A stretch of DNA of 64,000 nucleotides from NCBI RefSeq assembly GCF_009914755.1, contig NC_060942.1; one strand, given 5' to 3'. A program made the position numbers and the translations under genes. This DNA is from the human T2T-CHM13v2.0 reference genome, Homo sapiens. Each line of letters starts with the position of its first letter. Position 1 is the first letter of the stretch. The notes under the pieces were generated by a model that did not search any database, had not been told where the DNA came from, and worked only from the letters and a program-made list of their open reading frames with translations. Positions 45,340-60,561 of this stretch are shown here, piece after piece.

Positions 45340-47330
45340 TTGTTGCTGGAAAGGCTATAACAAAAGCAATCAAATGCCTTCTTTTCTAGAGCTTACTTAT
45401 ATTCTAATACATGGAAATAGACTAATAAACAAATTAACAATTGACACAAGGGAGTGGTAAGTTCTGTGAAGAAAATCAAGAACAGTCATGCGATAGAATT
45501 TGAGGACCTCATTTAAATCAGATTGTCAGGGAAGGAACTCTTAAGGAGATGAGCTGAGGCGTGAATAGAAAAGGATCAGCTTTGTGCACACTCAGAGTAA
45601 CATATTTCAAGTGATGCCAACAACTAGGGCAAAAGCAGTAAGGAGGGAACTATCTTTGCATGACTGTGAAGCTGAAATGAGAATAGAATAGAAGACGGAT
45701 TGCTGGGTTCCGGCCAGATCTGGCGGGGCTTTGTAGGGTGTGATAAAAGTTGGGATTTCATTCTATGGACAATGAAAAGCATATTGAAAGGAGAGTAATC
45801 AGATTCACCTTTTTTAAGAATTACACTGACTACTGTGGGAAAATTATCAGGGGGTGGAACGTAGAGGAAGCAGGAAGACCAGTTCAGAGACAACCAAGTG
45901 CTCCATGTGAGATCATGTAGCAGGAACCTAGGAGTCATAGGAGGTGATGGAGAGGGAAGTAGAAACAATCAGGGTCTGTGCTGGATCTAGAGCCAACAAA
46001 ATTGGTTATTGGATTATAGGGCAGAAGGCAGAGCAAGATCAAGGATATAGAGTAGATTTTTGGCTATAAAATGTAAGCAGATTGTGGAGCTACTTAATGA
46101 GATAAGATTTGGTTTAGGGGACAATCACTTTTGGACATTTTGAATTCGAGATAGCTATTAAATATACAATTAGGAATGTCAATCATGTAGACAAGTTGGT
46201 ATATGATAATAGTTCTGATGACAGGTCATGCCAGGAGATATAAATTTAGGAGTCACTGTCATATTGATAACACTTAGGGAGAGACTACAGTTAGAAAAAA
46301 TATGGCAGAAATTTGGAATACTTAACATTTAGAGATTGGGCAGATGAGGAGGAATATGACAGGGATAAAAAGAGGAAGGGTGATTTCACAGATGTCATGG
46401 TGGGGAAGAATGTTTCCAAAGGGTGGGAGCTGTTAACTATGTCATATACTAATGAGAGATACAGTAAATCATGTCAGTAAGGTGACCACTGTGGGAGGGA
46501 GATATGACATTCGAGAGAGAGTATGAAGGGATTAAGTAGAGTGACTATAGATTATATTTGTGAGGAGTTTTGCTCTGAAGTGGAGTGAAGAGATGGATAG
46601 TGCCTTTAGGAGGTGGTAGGCTTGAGGGAGGTGTTATTGTTTGTTTCATTTATTTTTGTTGTTTCATTTTTGAACATGAGAGATAACCACAACTTTTAGA
46701 AATAAAGCAGTAAAAGAGACACAGCAATGATGCAGAAGAGAGAATAGAAAATTGCAGGAATGCAATCCTTTGAGGAGGCAAGAACACACAGGATCCAGTA
46801 TACAAATGAATGGGCACAGACAATTGAATCTTGGTAAGTTGAGCAAAGGCAGAGAGAACAGGTCTGGATGCTGATATATTAGTCAATTTGAGCTGCAGAG
46901 ACGATAAGTGTAAGTAAAGGTCATCAGAGTATGAAGGCTTGGAGGAACAAGTATTGAGGATTTCAAAACAGGGAAAAAGGTGGAAAATGGTTATCTCAGA
47001 TTGTAGAAAAGAAGTCATAATATACATGACATTATGATTGCTGAGTACTGTGGACTGACCATTTGAGACTGGTTGTCATGAATTTAAAGTGAAACTAACC
47101 AACACAATCATGTTTGTTTTTCTCCCCATGGTTGATTGCTCAGTTGCTGGCTTGGGGTAGGCAGATAGCTGGGTTTTATTCAGTTTGATGTTTTTCCAGG
47201 GAAGAACGGGTCAGGGGGATTAATAGTTTTTGCAAAGGAGTGATTAAAAAGAAAACCCATGGATCTAAGCTACCTATGGAAGAAAAAAATGGGCATGGGG
47301 CAGAGTGGTGATGGATAACAGAAAAATAGT
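45340..47330 (-). mobile_element. Long degraded L2 remnant
   Basis: Purine-rich; ggccagatc...ggggctttgtagg, gatttcattct, ttttggacat..tgaatt.gagat, atataaatttaggagtca motifs of antisense L2. Boundaries approximate. Confidence 0.6.
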
Positions 47331-48236
47331 AAGGCCAGTGGGCTGCATTATTATCCCAATTTTACAGAGAGAACACTGAGGCTTAGAGAGATGAGATAAT
47401 ATGCCCCAGTGTCACACAGAGAAGGGCTGAGTAGCAGCACAGGGACTTGAGCCCCAGCCAGGGCTGTTGGTCATTTGGACACAATGTTTCGGATAGGGCC
47501 CAATGCTAAGGGAAGGGATGCAAATCAGAATACAAAAATAAGCCTTGCATTCAAGTGGCTTAGGTTCTCAGTGGGAATTTTTCCCAGACAAAGGTAAGGT
47601 CTAGATCAGCAGCTAGGAGACATCAGAACTGTTGGTGGAAACTGAAAGTTTTGGTTCTAAAATGTGCTGAGAAAGGAGAGCTAGAAGAGGAACCAAAATA
47701 ACACATTTCCCTGACTTTTCGGTTTTTTTCCTGTAGTGAACCTACATGGAAGATTCTGTACCTCAAGCTATGTATTTCTCCCCATGGGACTTAAAAAGCA
47801 CATCAGCGGGACAGCAGGTTTTTAAGAGAGCACAACTGATACCTCAATAAACTTCAGTAGACAAGCTTAAAAACTTAGGGTATTTTTGAATGTAATTCTG
47901 ACTTTTCTTCAATTCCAAGTTATATAATATATTTGTTATTAAAAGTTTTAAATGGGAAAATTGAGATCCACTGAAAAGGGCCTTACCTCATCCCTCAAGG
48001 GTTGTTGGCCAAAAAAACAAACAAACAAAACAAAAAACAAACAAAAAAGCCGACCTCTGATTATTTAGCAACAGAGTTCTGCAACCATTAGGAAATTTGT
48101 ATTAAATTCAGAGAAAATGCAAGTCATAAAACTGAGCATACATTTTATAATCAGTCATTATTAACTTAAATAGTAAATAAAACTAAACCAAATATATATT
48201 AGTTAAGTATAGAATAGATGTCAGATAATAGTGTAA

Positions 48237-48570
<334 letters not shown>

Positions 48571-50606
48571 AATCTGAGTATATTTTAAGATATAACTTCT
48601 TTAGATACTAAACTGAATCTGATATATTTTTATCTGGAAGTTATTTTAGTTTAATCTCATCAAATGTCCACCAGCATCATACAATCTTAATATATGTACT
48701 CAATAACACTCAACAATGAAACCCACTTATTTCATTTATTATGTTGTTCTTTCACATAGAAAATGATAGCCTCCATTAGTTTTCCAAAGCTGTTCAAAAC
48801 ATTACCCAGTCTACTGGAAAACTCTATGTAAAACTGACAGAATCTAAGAGCATCATCTTCACGTTTCCCTAGCATTTTGTATAAAGTGTATGTTGCATAC
48901 AAATGGATTTGTCAGATACATTGAGAAGTATGTTAATAGTAGGAAAAAGAAAGTATTAAGGAACAATTCTGTATCTTCAGAAAATTAACTTAAGAACATA
49001 TTATGTATCTAATCTTAATGCAACTGGTGGAAATTACCGTGTCTTCTACAAATAACTTTGTTCCAGGGTAAACAGTAAGAAATTTCACTTTCTTTTTTTT
49101 GTAGTAATGCAAGGTCCTCTTATCTAAACATTTCTCATCTTTCAGAGGAGTCTACTTGACAGACCATTTTGTGTTTTAGCTGAGAGGCAGTAGCTATTAA
49201 CTAGATTGCTGTCTATTTTATTTTTATGTGGATAAAGTTGAAGAGACTCACACAAAAGGGATTTATATGTCAAGAAATGCCTTATACTAACTTTAAACAA
49301 AATTGATATCTTTTTAAAATATGAAGCTGACTGTAGATTTTTATCTTTTATGCATAGATAAGTCTAAATGTTGCAAAGAATATATATTTCCATGTCCATG
49401 ACTACAGTATCAACATGTATTTCTCTAGAGATGCCTATATTTCAATATTTCCAAGTTGGGTTTTGTTTTCTTATACTTCAAAGAAAGGAAAATACATTTG
49501 TGTTTCTTTTCAATGCCAATACAGATAATTCCCTTGATGAAATCAAATATAATGGCATTTAAAGAAAACGTTGTTAGTAAAAAAATAAAAATAAAAAATA
49601 AAAAATCCAGATGCTCTCTTAATTTGGAAGGTTTATCAGAGAAAAGTCAATGAAGAATTTAAAGGTTATTTCCGTTACAATCTTGGATTATTTCTTTCAT
49701 TAATTAGTTTGTTTGTTTAATGATAAATATTCATTGAATATATGCTGTGTAGGAGTCACTTTCTAAACACTTCAGCTCCGTAAGAGTCTTCCAAATTATT
49801 TGTCAGCCAAAAAACCTCAGCACTTCTATGAATGTCAGCAATCAGTGAGCAACTGGCATATGATAACACCTGGGCTTGCGTAGAGTTTCTGCTCTTCCAT
49901 GGGGAATTAACTTCTCTACCTATGATAAAGGTAGCAGACACTTTCCCCTTGTCTGTCATTTAGAGAAGGTTGGGCATTTTCTGACTATACTTAACTTTGA
50001 TAATAGTCAAGGATTTCGGGGTTTATGAGATAAGAGGTCTATGAAGCTGAACCTTGGAGAAAGGAAAAGTTGAGGGGCCCCAATTAAAGTTCTCAAACTT
50101 TAAGGAACATAACAATACCTTAAACCAGTTACTTGTTTAAAATGCCAAAGATTTTTCCCTATTCCCCTAACACACACTCTTCTAGTGCATTATTAGTTGC
50201 AGTGTTATCTGACATTTCTTCTATACTTAACTAATTTATGTTCAATTGTTTTATATTTCTTTATTATTTAAATTAATAATGCTTGGTTGAAAATGTATGT
50301 CCAGCATTATGACTTGTATTTTCTCTGAGTATAATATACATTTCCTAATGGTTCCAGACCACTGTTGCTACTTCTGATTCAGTAGGTCTTTAAGCCAGAA
50401 ACTTAGTGTTTTCAAATTGTAGTCCAAATAGTATAAAGGGAGATGATCTACAGATCCCACTATAATAAAGTCTAATTAAATAAAAGGTTTTCACACTTTT
50501 GTAATGGAATAAAATCTTTTAAAAACAAAGATTTATGTGACATCCTGGTATAATATGCAAAGGCAAAGTTATGCAAAAACACAGATTGGTCTCCTTGGGA
50601 TGAGGG

Positions 50607-51010
50607 TAATGGGGTACTGGAGCCAGGTTGTACTGTCTTGCAAGAATCAATTGTTAATGTTTTAAGAATTTTGTGAGCCCTATGTTAAACACAGCAATTA
50701 TTAAAAATTCAGTTACATAGCCTTATAATTAAACAAATTATATTAAAGGCAAATGTATCAAATATGTTACATGTAACAGTTCCTCATTCTTTTACTACAT
50801 TTTACTATTATCTATGCCCTTTAGGTTATTCATATCGTATCTGTGGGGTGAAAATACACATCTCCTCCCAGCTCTGTTTTCAGTGACATTATGCTGGCAG
50901 CTTGAAATTGGCCTTCTTCGGTGTATTTGCACCACAGAACTCAGCAAATGCTACAAATTAAAGATTTTTTCACCTACAGAGCCAGATTTTGAACATTTAA
51001 TAGCTTACTT
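50607..51010. mobile_element. MER63-like hAT-Blackjack element
   Basis: tgttaaacacagc.attattaaaaatt, ttttactacattttactattatctatgc, gcttgaaattggcc, gcaaatgctacaaat. Confidence 0.7.
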
Positions 51011-54000
51011 CTAGAGAAGGGCGGATGCTAGGATTGCCAGTTTCTAAGCATCTCTCTCAATTCCCTCTGTAGGCTCTAGGACACCACAGGAAAAAAAAAT
51101 GTAGTTTAAAGAAAGGAAAAAAGCTGACTTAATTATATTGTGGCTGTGAACATGCAAAGGTAAAAAGAAGAAATCAAAAGAAAGGTCAAATTCTTTAGCA
51201 TGAACACATACATCTTACAAATTTGGTTATGAGACTATAAGCCTTTAGTTTCTTCCAATTCCTTGGAAAAATAGCAATAGACTAGATCCAAATAATTATT
51301 CTACCTGGCTATCTTGTTTTGCAAGCTCCTTTACATGAAGATGATTACAAAGATGAGGCTGTATAATCTGTGTATAAGTATCTCCAGATTACATCTTTAT
51401 TGTTTAGCTCAGAAAATGGTTCCTCCATCTTCATTGTTATTGATGAATGAGAGACACCTCTGCACCTTCTGTGAAATACAAGTGATCATCTTGCACAACA
51501 GTACCACATTTAGCATTTACTTTGGCAAATTTAATTATAGACATTTATCCTGCTTACTGTCTATAAACTATGCTTTTATCTGTAACACTAACATATAATT
51601 TGATATACCCCCAAAGTAGAAGAATTGCACAGTGCCTTTAATAATATCTTTGCAATGAATATAAATAATTTCATTAGTGATGGATTATTTCAGCCTTTCA
51701 AAAATGAAATGATCAGAATTTTTTAATGTTTGTTAGAAAACAAAGTTCTCTTTCCTTAAGGGACTCCAGCGTATCATTTTAAATAATAATGTGTATAGTC
51801 TTGTGTCTGTCATTCAGCTATTTATTCATGAATTTAATTTTCTTGATTCATTTAGTCAACAGCTATTATGTAACTATTGTTTAAAAATTAGATACTGATA
51901 TTCCTTAAGAAGCCTTATTTTTAAATAATCTGAAATTTAAATCATCAAAGTAAGGTGTCTAAATTGTAGTATAATAGGCTAATTAGACCAGTTAGTAATT
52001 TTTTCCCTTACTTTGAATTATATGTAAAGGGAGCAAATGCTGGCCTTAAGAATTTTCACTTCAAAGTTATAAAGTATTTACAAATTCCATAGATGGAGAT
52101 TCAATTTAGAATACTAGATGAAAACTGTGTTTCAATCATTCACCTGTATGATTGATTTTTCTCTATAGTTGATAGTAAATTCAGTGATTTTTTGGAAATA
52201 TGTATGTGAAGGAAGGATGTAAGTCTGTGACATCATGCAGTTTGAAGTCTACTTTTCCTTGGGGTATTATGCAGATATGTAGATTTGCCTATTATTTTCT
52301 TTAATAAAATTGGTGTTTTTTTTTCTGAGACTATTTTCCAGGAATGTAGTTTTGATCTTAGAATTGATTTTTTCCTCCAGACTGAGGAGGACGCAGATGT
52401 CAAGAAGTTTCCTATGGGATATGGCTTGACAGAGGGACACACAACAGGAGTCGGAGGTTACAATAAGAAAATATACTTACTCTATGACATGTGGGTCTTG
52501 TAAGGAACTGACATTGATGGGAAGTGATGCTTTTTAGCCAAAGGAAGAAGTATCTATCATGCTGTCACATCAGATTCGGTTCAAACTAAGCAAACATTTG
52601 TGTTATGGTACTATTCTTGGGAAATATATTTCTGAATGTGCTCTTGGCTCTTTAGATGAAAAGTCATAAATGATCATAAAATACATAAAATGGTACCTGT
52701 CATAATAAGCAAATGATAAAATAAATTTATGCTTATTATAACTATCAACATCTGTATGTGTAAAATAGATAATAAAGCAAGTGTCTGAACAATGCAGCAC
52801 ATACTAGCTTCACCTAATGCAAGCAATCAGCTATTCTTTGCCTGTCTTTGCAGAAGATTGTGACCAATGATATAATGAGTTTGAGGAGGCTGTTTTTATG
52901 ATTAATTCATAAATAAGTTAATCTAGACTTATTTCAGGTCTGGGTTTTACATTTGATGACTCATTTTCAGAGCCCAGAAAATAATATTTAAGGGAGTATT
53001 AATTGGATTGAAACTTTTAACTGTGTGGGTGTTACACAAATTCTATTTAATCCTCAGTGTGTTAGATTAATTTTCCAGTATTAACAATTTTAATTCATTC
53101 TACCTTTATCAGTCTTCAGCCTCTTCTTATCGCATGCACAACAGAAAAACAGAATCACCAAAAATGTATCTTTAGACTGTAATTCTTATTTTGCTGACTC
53201 AAAATATGTGCCAAAAGACTGATAAAAGTCTGATTTTCCAATAGTTCATTTGACGTTTGAGTCCTTTTACGTCATCTTCAAGCTCATGCTTGAACTTTTC
53301 TAATGACAGGGATATTTTTGTCTTTAAGCAACCATTTTTGTCATATGTAGGTCTAACTTTCAGAAATGTATATTCAAAGTTCTGTCCCTCTATAACGTCT
53401 GCTCATTTGTCATAATTGTTTCCCCTGGGACTATAAATACATCTCATGAGTTTAGTGACTTTCTCTTGCGGCATGACTTTTAATATTTGGGGATGTCTGT
53501 CAAGGGCCCCCCTCCCCCTTCTCTCCACCAATGCTTCTCTTCTCCAAGTAAAATATTCTTAGTTTCTACAAATATTTCTCTTTGCTTGTCAGCTCCCTAC
53601 TTGACTTGTCATCCTCCTCTGCATAGTTGCAAATGTCATGTGACTATTAGACATCCCTTAAGAGTACCTCTCTCATCTTAAGCACAGCATTATTATTCAG
53701 ATGTGCTACAATCACATTGATGTTGTGGGTGGTCACATTATCTTATGGACTTATTATGGATCTGATTTTCCATGAAAACCTATAAGTATTTCATGAATGA
53801 TGCTGACAAACTGCATGTCTTTCATTCTCTTCATGCCAGGCTCTGTCTGACTCACATGCAAGACCTCTTCATGTATCTTTGTTACATTTTATCTTACATT
53901 AACCCCACTGCTACAACCTCTCAGGGTACCTTGTGTCTTCATGCACTTATTCAACATCAATAAATGAAGGTTAGTTGTACACCTGGAATGTGTCCGGCTA

Positions 54001-55155
54001 AATCGAAAATGCTAATTCTGTGGCTCAATTATTTGACACACCATTCCAGCAATCTTCTCTACCACTTTATTTCATCCACCATACCCAGGCCATATTTTAA
54101 TCTTGTTTTCTTCTCCTCGAAGCGACTTTCACTAAAAACCTTAAACTTCAAAACCATCCTATATGACAGCCCCTGTGTTCATCTGAATCTCTAATGTCTC
54201 CGCTCTCAATAAACTGATTAGCTGATAAGCCTCATAAACACTTTCAACTTGCTCCTTTCTTTTTTTTTTTTCCCAGGTATTATTATTCTTATTTTCTCAC
54301 TCTCCTTTTAAAACTGGACCTTGTGGTTGATCAAGTGACTAACCATATTCTGCACCCTCAAGATTTATTTTATTTTTGCCTTTATACTATCATCATTTAT
54401 CTCATATAGTCCTGATGAACTACCTTGCCTGTTCTTAAGGTCAAGCTAATCAGTGCTATGGGAGAAAATCCTATAATGGCTGAAAAGCATAGATATGAAT
54501 GACCCTAAAAAAGCCACTAAACCTTTCTACATGTTGACGTTCTCCCGTTCTTTACATGTGTCATCATACCAGTTATTAATCCAATTCACCTGTAGTGTCC
54601 TCCCTATTTCTTCATGTAATTCACAAAAATAATTCAAATATTCTGCTTTACCCCAAAATACACATTTTTTTGCCTATATCCAAAAGGTCAAGTAATATGC
54701 AGGGATAGATCTAGCTCATTTTCATTCAAACTAAAATCATATCAAGAAACAGTTTTCAGTCTTTCTATACACTTTTTCCCTAGAATATTTGAAGCCGATT
54801 TTTTTAGGTAATTATTCCAGGTTTCCTTTTCATCTTATTTCCTGCGGTTTCAAGGTCAACATATTTATCATATTTTCATTCAAAGCCATAACAAAAATGA
54901 GTGATAAACAGAAAAATGATTTTCCTGCTTGACTTCCTGTTTATTCTGCTAAACTATAATCTGATTTTACTTAAAACTCTTCCGAGTTACCTTTGTGAAT
55001 AATTCACCAAGCATGTGAACCACTGCTTATATAACTTCATGATTGTTATAAACACCTTTTTTATGTGGCATAGTTCAAGGCTCGAACCAAAAGTGAGATA
55101 CAGGAATGAAGCAAATATGTTTGTCACTCTTTCTCATCTCAAAATGTATTGGCCA

Positions 55156-55780
<625 letters not shown>

Positions 55781-56929
55781 AAAATATTGGCCAGTCAGGT
55801 TTTTTTCTGCTTCAAGACCCCAGATATCACTCAACCCCTGGCCCAGTGTCTCACACAAGTCATAAGTAGGCCCTGTGAAAACCCTCACTCTCTTAAACAG
55901 TGACTTAGGGTCACGTGTTTAAAAGAAAATTAGTTATAAAATCACCCAAGCCCCTCATTTTCAAGACTGTGTAAAATATAGGCACATCCAAATCCCTTGG
56001 CAATTTAGTGACAAACCTGAAATCTGACTCCAGTTTTTTACCTAAACCAGTGCTTACTCTGGATTATATCAAAAGAAAACACTGAGGAACACACATGTGG
56101 ATTCTCAGTGAAGTGATAATGCCTTTTAATAGCTAGATCTCTTGAAGAAGTAACAATTTGTTCTGTAATTATTGATTTAAAGCTGAAGCTTTTGATGACT
56201 AGATGGTTTGTTCCTTTCTTCTTCTCTTCCTCCTTGTAAATATATTCATTTTATCACTTACACAAGACAAATATGTGTCACAAACGGACAGTCATATAAT
56301 TTTTGTTTGAAAAACCTCATGAGGATGGGTGCCCTCTAGATAGCCAATTTCCATTCTTTTCATTCTAATGTTAATGATGTTATTTAAAGTTATTGGATAC
56401 ACAGCATCAAATGTCATTATTTCAAATGACTTCATGACACAGGGTTCATTGTGTAAGGAATATCAAGTAGAGGTTCTCAGGTGTTGTCCCTTTAAAATGC
56501 AAGGGGAGAAATGCAATTGCTATTTTTTATTTAGTTACCTAATGCCTGCCCATCATGTCTTTTTGAATTTGGCCCAATAACTTATAATTAAAAGACTCAT
56601 TATCCCTGCTGGATGTGGGCACAAATTCACATTATTTCCATGGAAGCCTGTCTGCTGTCTCACTTTAATGAAAATTTAAACCCTTTAGAATGACATGTGA
56701 TGCTTGGAATTATTTATCTTTTGTCTGAGTAGAGTTACAAGAAGAAAGAACTCCTAGAAAAATAAGTCACTATTTCTTTCTGCAGATTCTTGTCTTCCAA
56801 GTAAGCATTCTTTTTTGTTTGTTTCTGGAAAGATTGACAGAGAAAACTATGAAAGTATCAGTTAGAGCAGAAAAAAATTATGGACTCTCCCACCTGTGCA
56901 CTTTTGACCTGGTATTTGGCTATCTTTTG

Positions 56930-58345
56930 TACATGTAGTAAAATATACATAACACAACATTTACCATTTCAACTGTTTTTAAGTGTACAATTCATTGACG
57001 TTAAGTATATTCATATTGTTTTGTAACCATCAACATCATCCATCTCCAGAACTTTTTCATCATCTCAAACAGAAACTCTACACCTCTTTAACAATACATC
57101 GCCGTTCCCCTCTTCCCTAAGAAACTGGTAACCACTATTCTACTTTCTGTCTCTGAATTTGCCTATTCCAAGCACTTCAAACAAATGGAATTACACAATA
57201 TTTGTCCTTTGGTGTCTGGCTTATTTTGACATGTTTCTGAGATCCATGCATGGTATTTAATATTATGGTAAATTTTTTGTTAAGTATAATTCCATTGAAT
57301 GGATACACCAAAGCATCTTTGATGAATATTGGATTGTTTCCATTTCAAGGATATTACAGATAAAACTGCTGCCACACTGTTGGAAAAGGCTTTACTGGAC
57401 ATAAACTTTGTCTCGTGTAGATATTTAGAAGTAAAACTACTGAATCAGAATTTAGATATATGTCTTACTTAATTAGAAATAATTTTCCTAAATGATTATA
57501 ACATTTTGTATTCGCAACAGAGGTATATGGAAATTCCAGTTGTCCAATCCCAACCAACACATGGAATTTGTTGACATCTTAATTTTAGCAAATCTAATAG
57601 GTATACAGTTACATCACCTTGTGGCTTTAATTTGTATTTCTCTAATAACTAAAAGTGTTGAATATTTTTTCATATATTTGACCATTTGAAGATTCTTTTT
57701 TGCACATTACTTTAGGTTGAATTGTTAATCTTCTAAATTATCAATGTGTAGAAATTCTTTACACATTTTAGGAAAACATTTTAATTATATTTTGGTATTG
57801 TTAACATTTTCTACAAATTGGAGGCTTACCTCTGTAAGTTGGAGGCTTTGGTATTGTTAGTATTTTATACAAATTGGCGGCTTACCTTTTTACTTTTTTA
57901 ATGCTGTCTTTTGATGAGCAGATGCTGTTTTTATTTTGTTAAAGTCAGAGTTATTGATTTTGACCTTTTATGATCTACTTAAGAAAGTTTTGTTTACCCC
58001 AAGGCATAAAGATATTCTTCTATGTTTTACTAGCTTTTACATTTAGGTCTGTGATACACCTTGAATTAATTTTTGTGTATAGATTAAGGAAGGGGCCAAG
58101 GTTATTTATATAGGTATCCAGTTTTGTCGGCACCATTTGTTAAAAGAGTTCTCTTTCCTCATTGAATTATTTAGTGCCTTTCTTGAAAACAGTTGACCAT
58201 ATATGTATGCACATTTGTGTCTATTTCTGGATCTTATTCTGTTCCATTGATCTATTTGTTTATCCCTATGGTAGTACCATGTGGTCTTATTTGCTATATC
58301 TTTATAGCTCATCTTGAAATCAAGCAGTATTAAGTACTCTAATAT
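56930..58345 (-). mobile_element. Old L1 (L1MB/L1ME-like) 3' end plus ORF2 remnant
   Basis: Minus ORF 58106-58312 KTTWYYHRDKQIDQWNRI...IYGQL...NSFNKWC resembles the L1 ORF2 C-terminal region; tttaccatt...aagtgtacaattca 3' motif. Confidence 0.8.
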
Positions 58346-58426
58346 GGTTCTTTTTTTTCCAAAATGGAATGTAACTATTTATATATGTTTAAAACCGTTA
58401 CTCTCCACAAATATATATATATTATA

Positions 58427-58516
58427 TATTCTACTGAGAGTACAGATCTTTATATATATGATCATTATATGTATGATGAGATCATTATATGTATGATCTG
58501 GACACCCAGTAGAATC
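58427..58516 (+). ncRNA. MIR4528: microRNA hairpin mir-4528 (mature about 58482-58503, UCAUUAUAUGUAUGAUCUGGAC)
   Basis: Stem attctactg (58428-58436)/cagtagaat (58507-58515) and cagatc/gatctg. Sequence matches my recollection of hsa-mir-4528, annotated in a DCC intron. Confidence 0.85.
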
Positions 58517-60258
58517 TAGCTCATTAGATTGTCCTTCACAGTTAAACAATGCAAAGCCTATAGAAGAACATTATGCTAAATATGTGGGTGTGTGGGTGAC
58601 TGAGATAAAATAGAAAAAAAGGCTAAATGTTTTTGGGGTACCTGCTATCTGCCAGTATTCTGCAAAGTGTTTTATATATCTTGGCATATTTGAATTTAAT
58701 TTTCACAAAAATTCTGTGAAGTAGTTATTGTCTCCATTAGTGGATGAACAAAGTAAGGGTTAGAGAAGTAATTTGTTCAAAATATTTAACTCGAATTCCT
58801 TTCATCTTTGATGGTCACAGCCAATCAGTAGTCATATTGAGTGCTCATGCAGGGTGCCTGCTTTGTGGTTGACAGCTGGATTTTCAGCTAGTGACAGGTT
58901 TGCTATATTAACCTAGTCAGTTGTCACACTGACTAAACATACAATTTAGAGCGTAGTTTTAATAATTCTGTGACAACTCAGTATACCTTCCATAAAAAAA
59001 TGCATCTAAAAGTACATTATTTATAAGTGAGTTCTTGTGAAAGAAATCAAATTATAATTCCCATTGTTTTACAAAATCATTATTGAGTATACAAAGTTAA
59101 ATAAAAATAACATTTATTTCATCAAAAAATGTCTGACAAACCGAGCTGCTGGCATTAAGCATTACTAGTTGTGAAATTATGTGTTAGTCACAAAATCAAT
59201 TTAAATAAACAACTAGATTATCATCTTGCCACCCCTGAAAACAAAGACCTTAGCACAGAATCAGATTTAATCTTCAAATCTATTACTTACCAAGAAAACC
59301 TAAGAACACAATTTGTTTGAAACCTTTAAACCTATTACTTTCTAAAAGAATCTCATGGAGCACTGTGCTTGACCTTCACAGGATAAACTTTGTAGATGTC
59401 AGGGGTTCAAAGCAATTTGTTTCTTATATTCCTTGAATTTATCTACTATATGTTGCTGATTATTTCCTTCATGACAGCTGTTTTTACTTATGACACACAG
59501 AAATGCATTACATTTTGGAGAATTGCACTTGATTCTACTCTTCCAATAGATATTCTAATTTATTATCTGATACGTAGTGTTGGGTTCTAGGTGAATCATG
59601 ACTCCTAGAATTATTCAATGTGAACACTTTATTGATGATAGATGTTACATTAACATATGGTAGTTGTGTTCCATAAGACTGTAACTATTTTAGAAATATG
59701 TTCACAATGAGACATTAATCTTTTAGTTATGCATATTAATCCTTATAAAGTTTTATGATATACACAGAATTGAAATATTTCCATTTTCATTTAAGATGAA
59801 GAAACAAAGAATCAGAGATATTGATATTTGTCCAAGCACTCACACATTTCAGGGGTCCCTTTTTCTTATAAGCTTTTTGTGTCCAAGCTCTTATAAGCCT
59901 TATGTGTCCAAGCTCTCACACATTTCAGGGGTCCCTTTACTTAGAAGCCTTATAATACTAGTAAACACTGAAAATGTAAAGATATATGAGAAGTATGAGA
60001 AGTATCATTGCAACTAAGGAACTCAGAGCCTAGAGGACTGAGACAAGCAGCCAAACATGTAAAAGTGAAATTGAAAAATGCTGTCATACAGGTATACTAA
60101 GAGGAGAGGAGAACCTCATTGTATGGGTAAATTTTCCTACATAAAGTGAACCCAGAGCAATCAGACAGCTAATATTTATTGAAAGGAACAATGTCTGTTA
60201 TGTGTCATGTAAATTAGCCATACCTAGTATTATTTAACCTTCACAAAACTCCAGCAAA

Positions 60259-60561
60259 CTATCGCAAGGACAAAAAACCAAACATCGCATGTTCTCACTC
60301 ATAGGTGGGAATTGAGCAATGAGAACACCTGGACACAGGAAGGGGGACATCACACACCGGGGCCTGTTGTGGAGTGGGGGGAGGGGGGAGGGATAGCATT
60401 AGGAGATATACCTAATGTAAGTGACGAATTAATGGGTGCAGCACACCAACATGGCACGTGTATACATATGTAACTAACCTGCACGTTGTGCACATGTACC
60501 CTAGAACTTAAAATATAATAATAATAAAAATAAATAAATAAAAAATAAAAATGAAAAAAAA
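60259..60561 (+). mobile_element. 5'-truncated L1PA (PA3/PA4-like) 3' end, TSD aaaactccagcaaa
   Basis: ORF2 terminus ...KTKHRMFSLIGGN*, G-rich 3'UTR, A-rich tail; TSD 60245-60258 / 60562-60575. Confidence 0.95.

Noticed and set aside
47581-47599. Possible 6-nt microexon cccag|ACAAAG|gtaagg
   Set aside because: Short pyrimidine tract, no proximal UGC, would insert inside a domain; likely chance.
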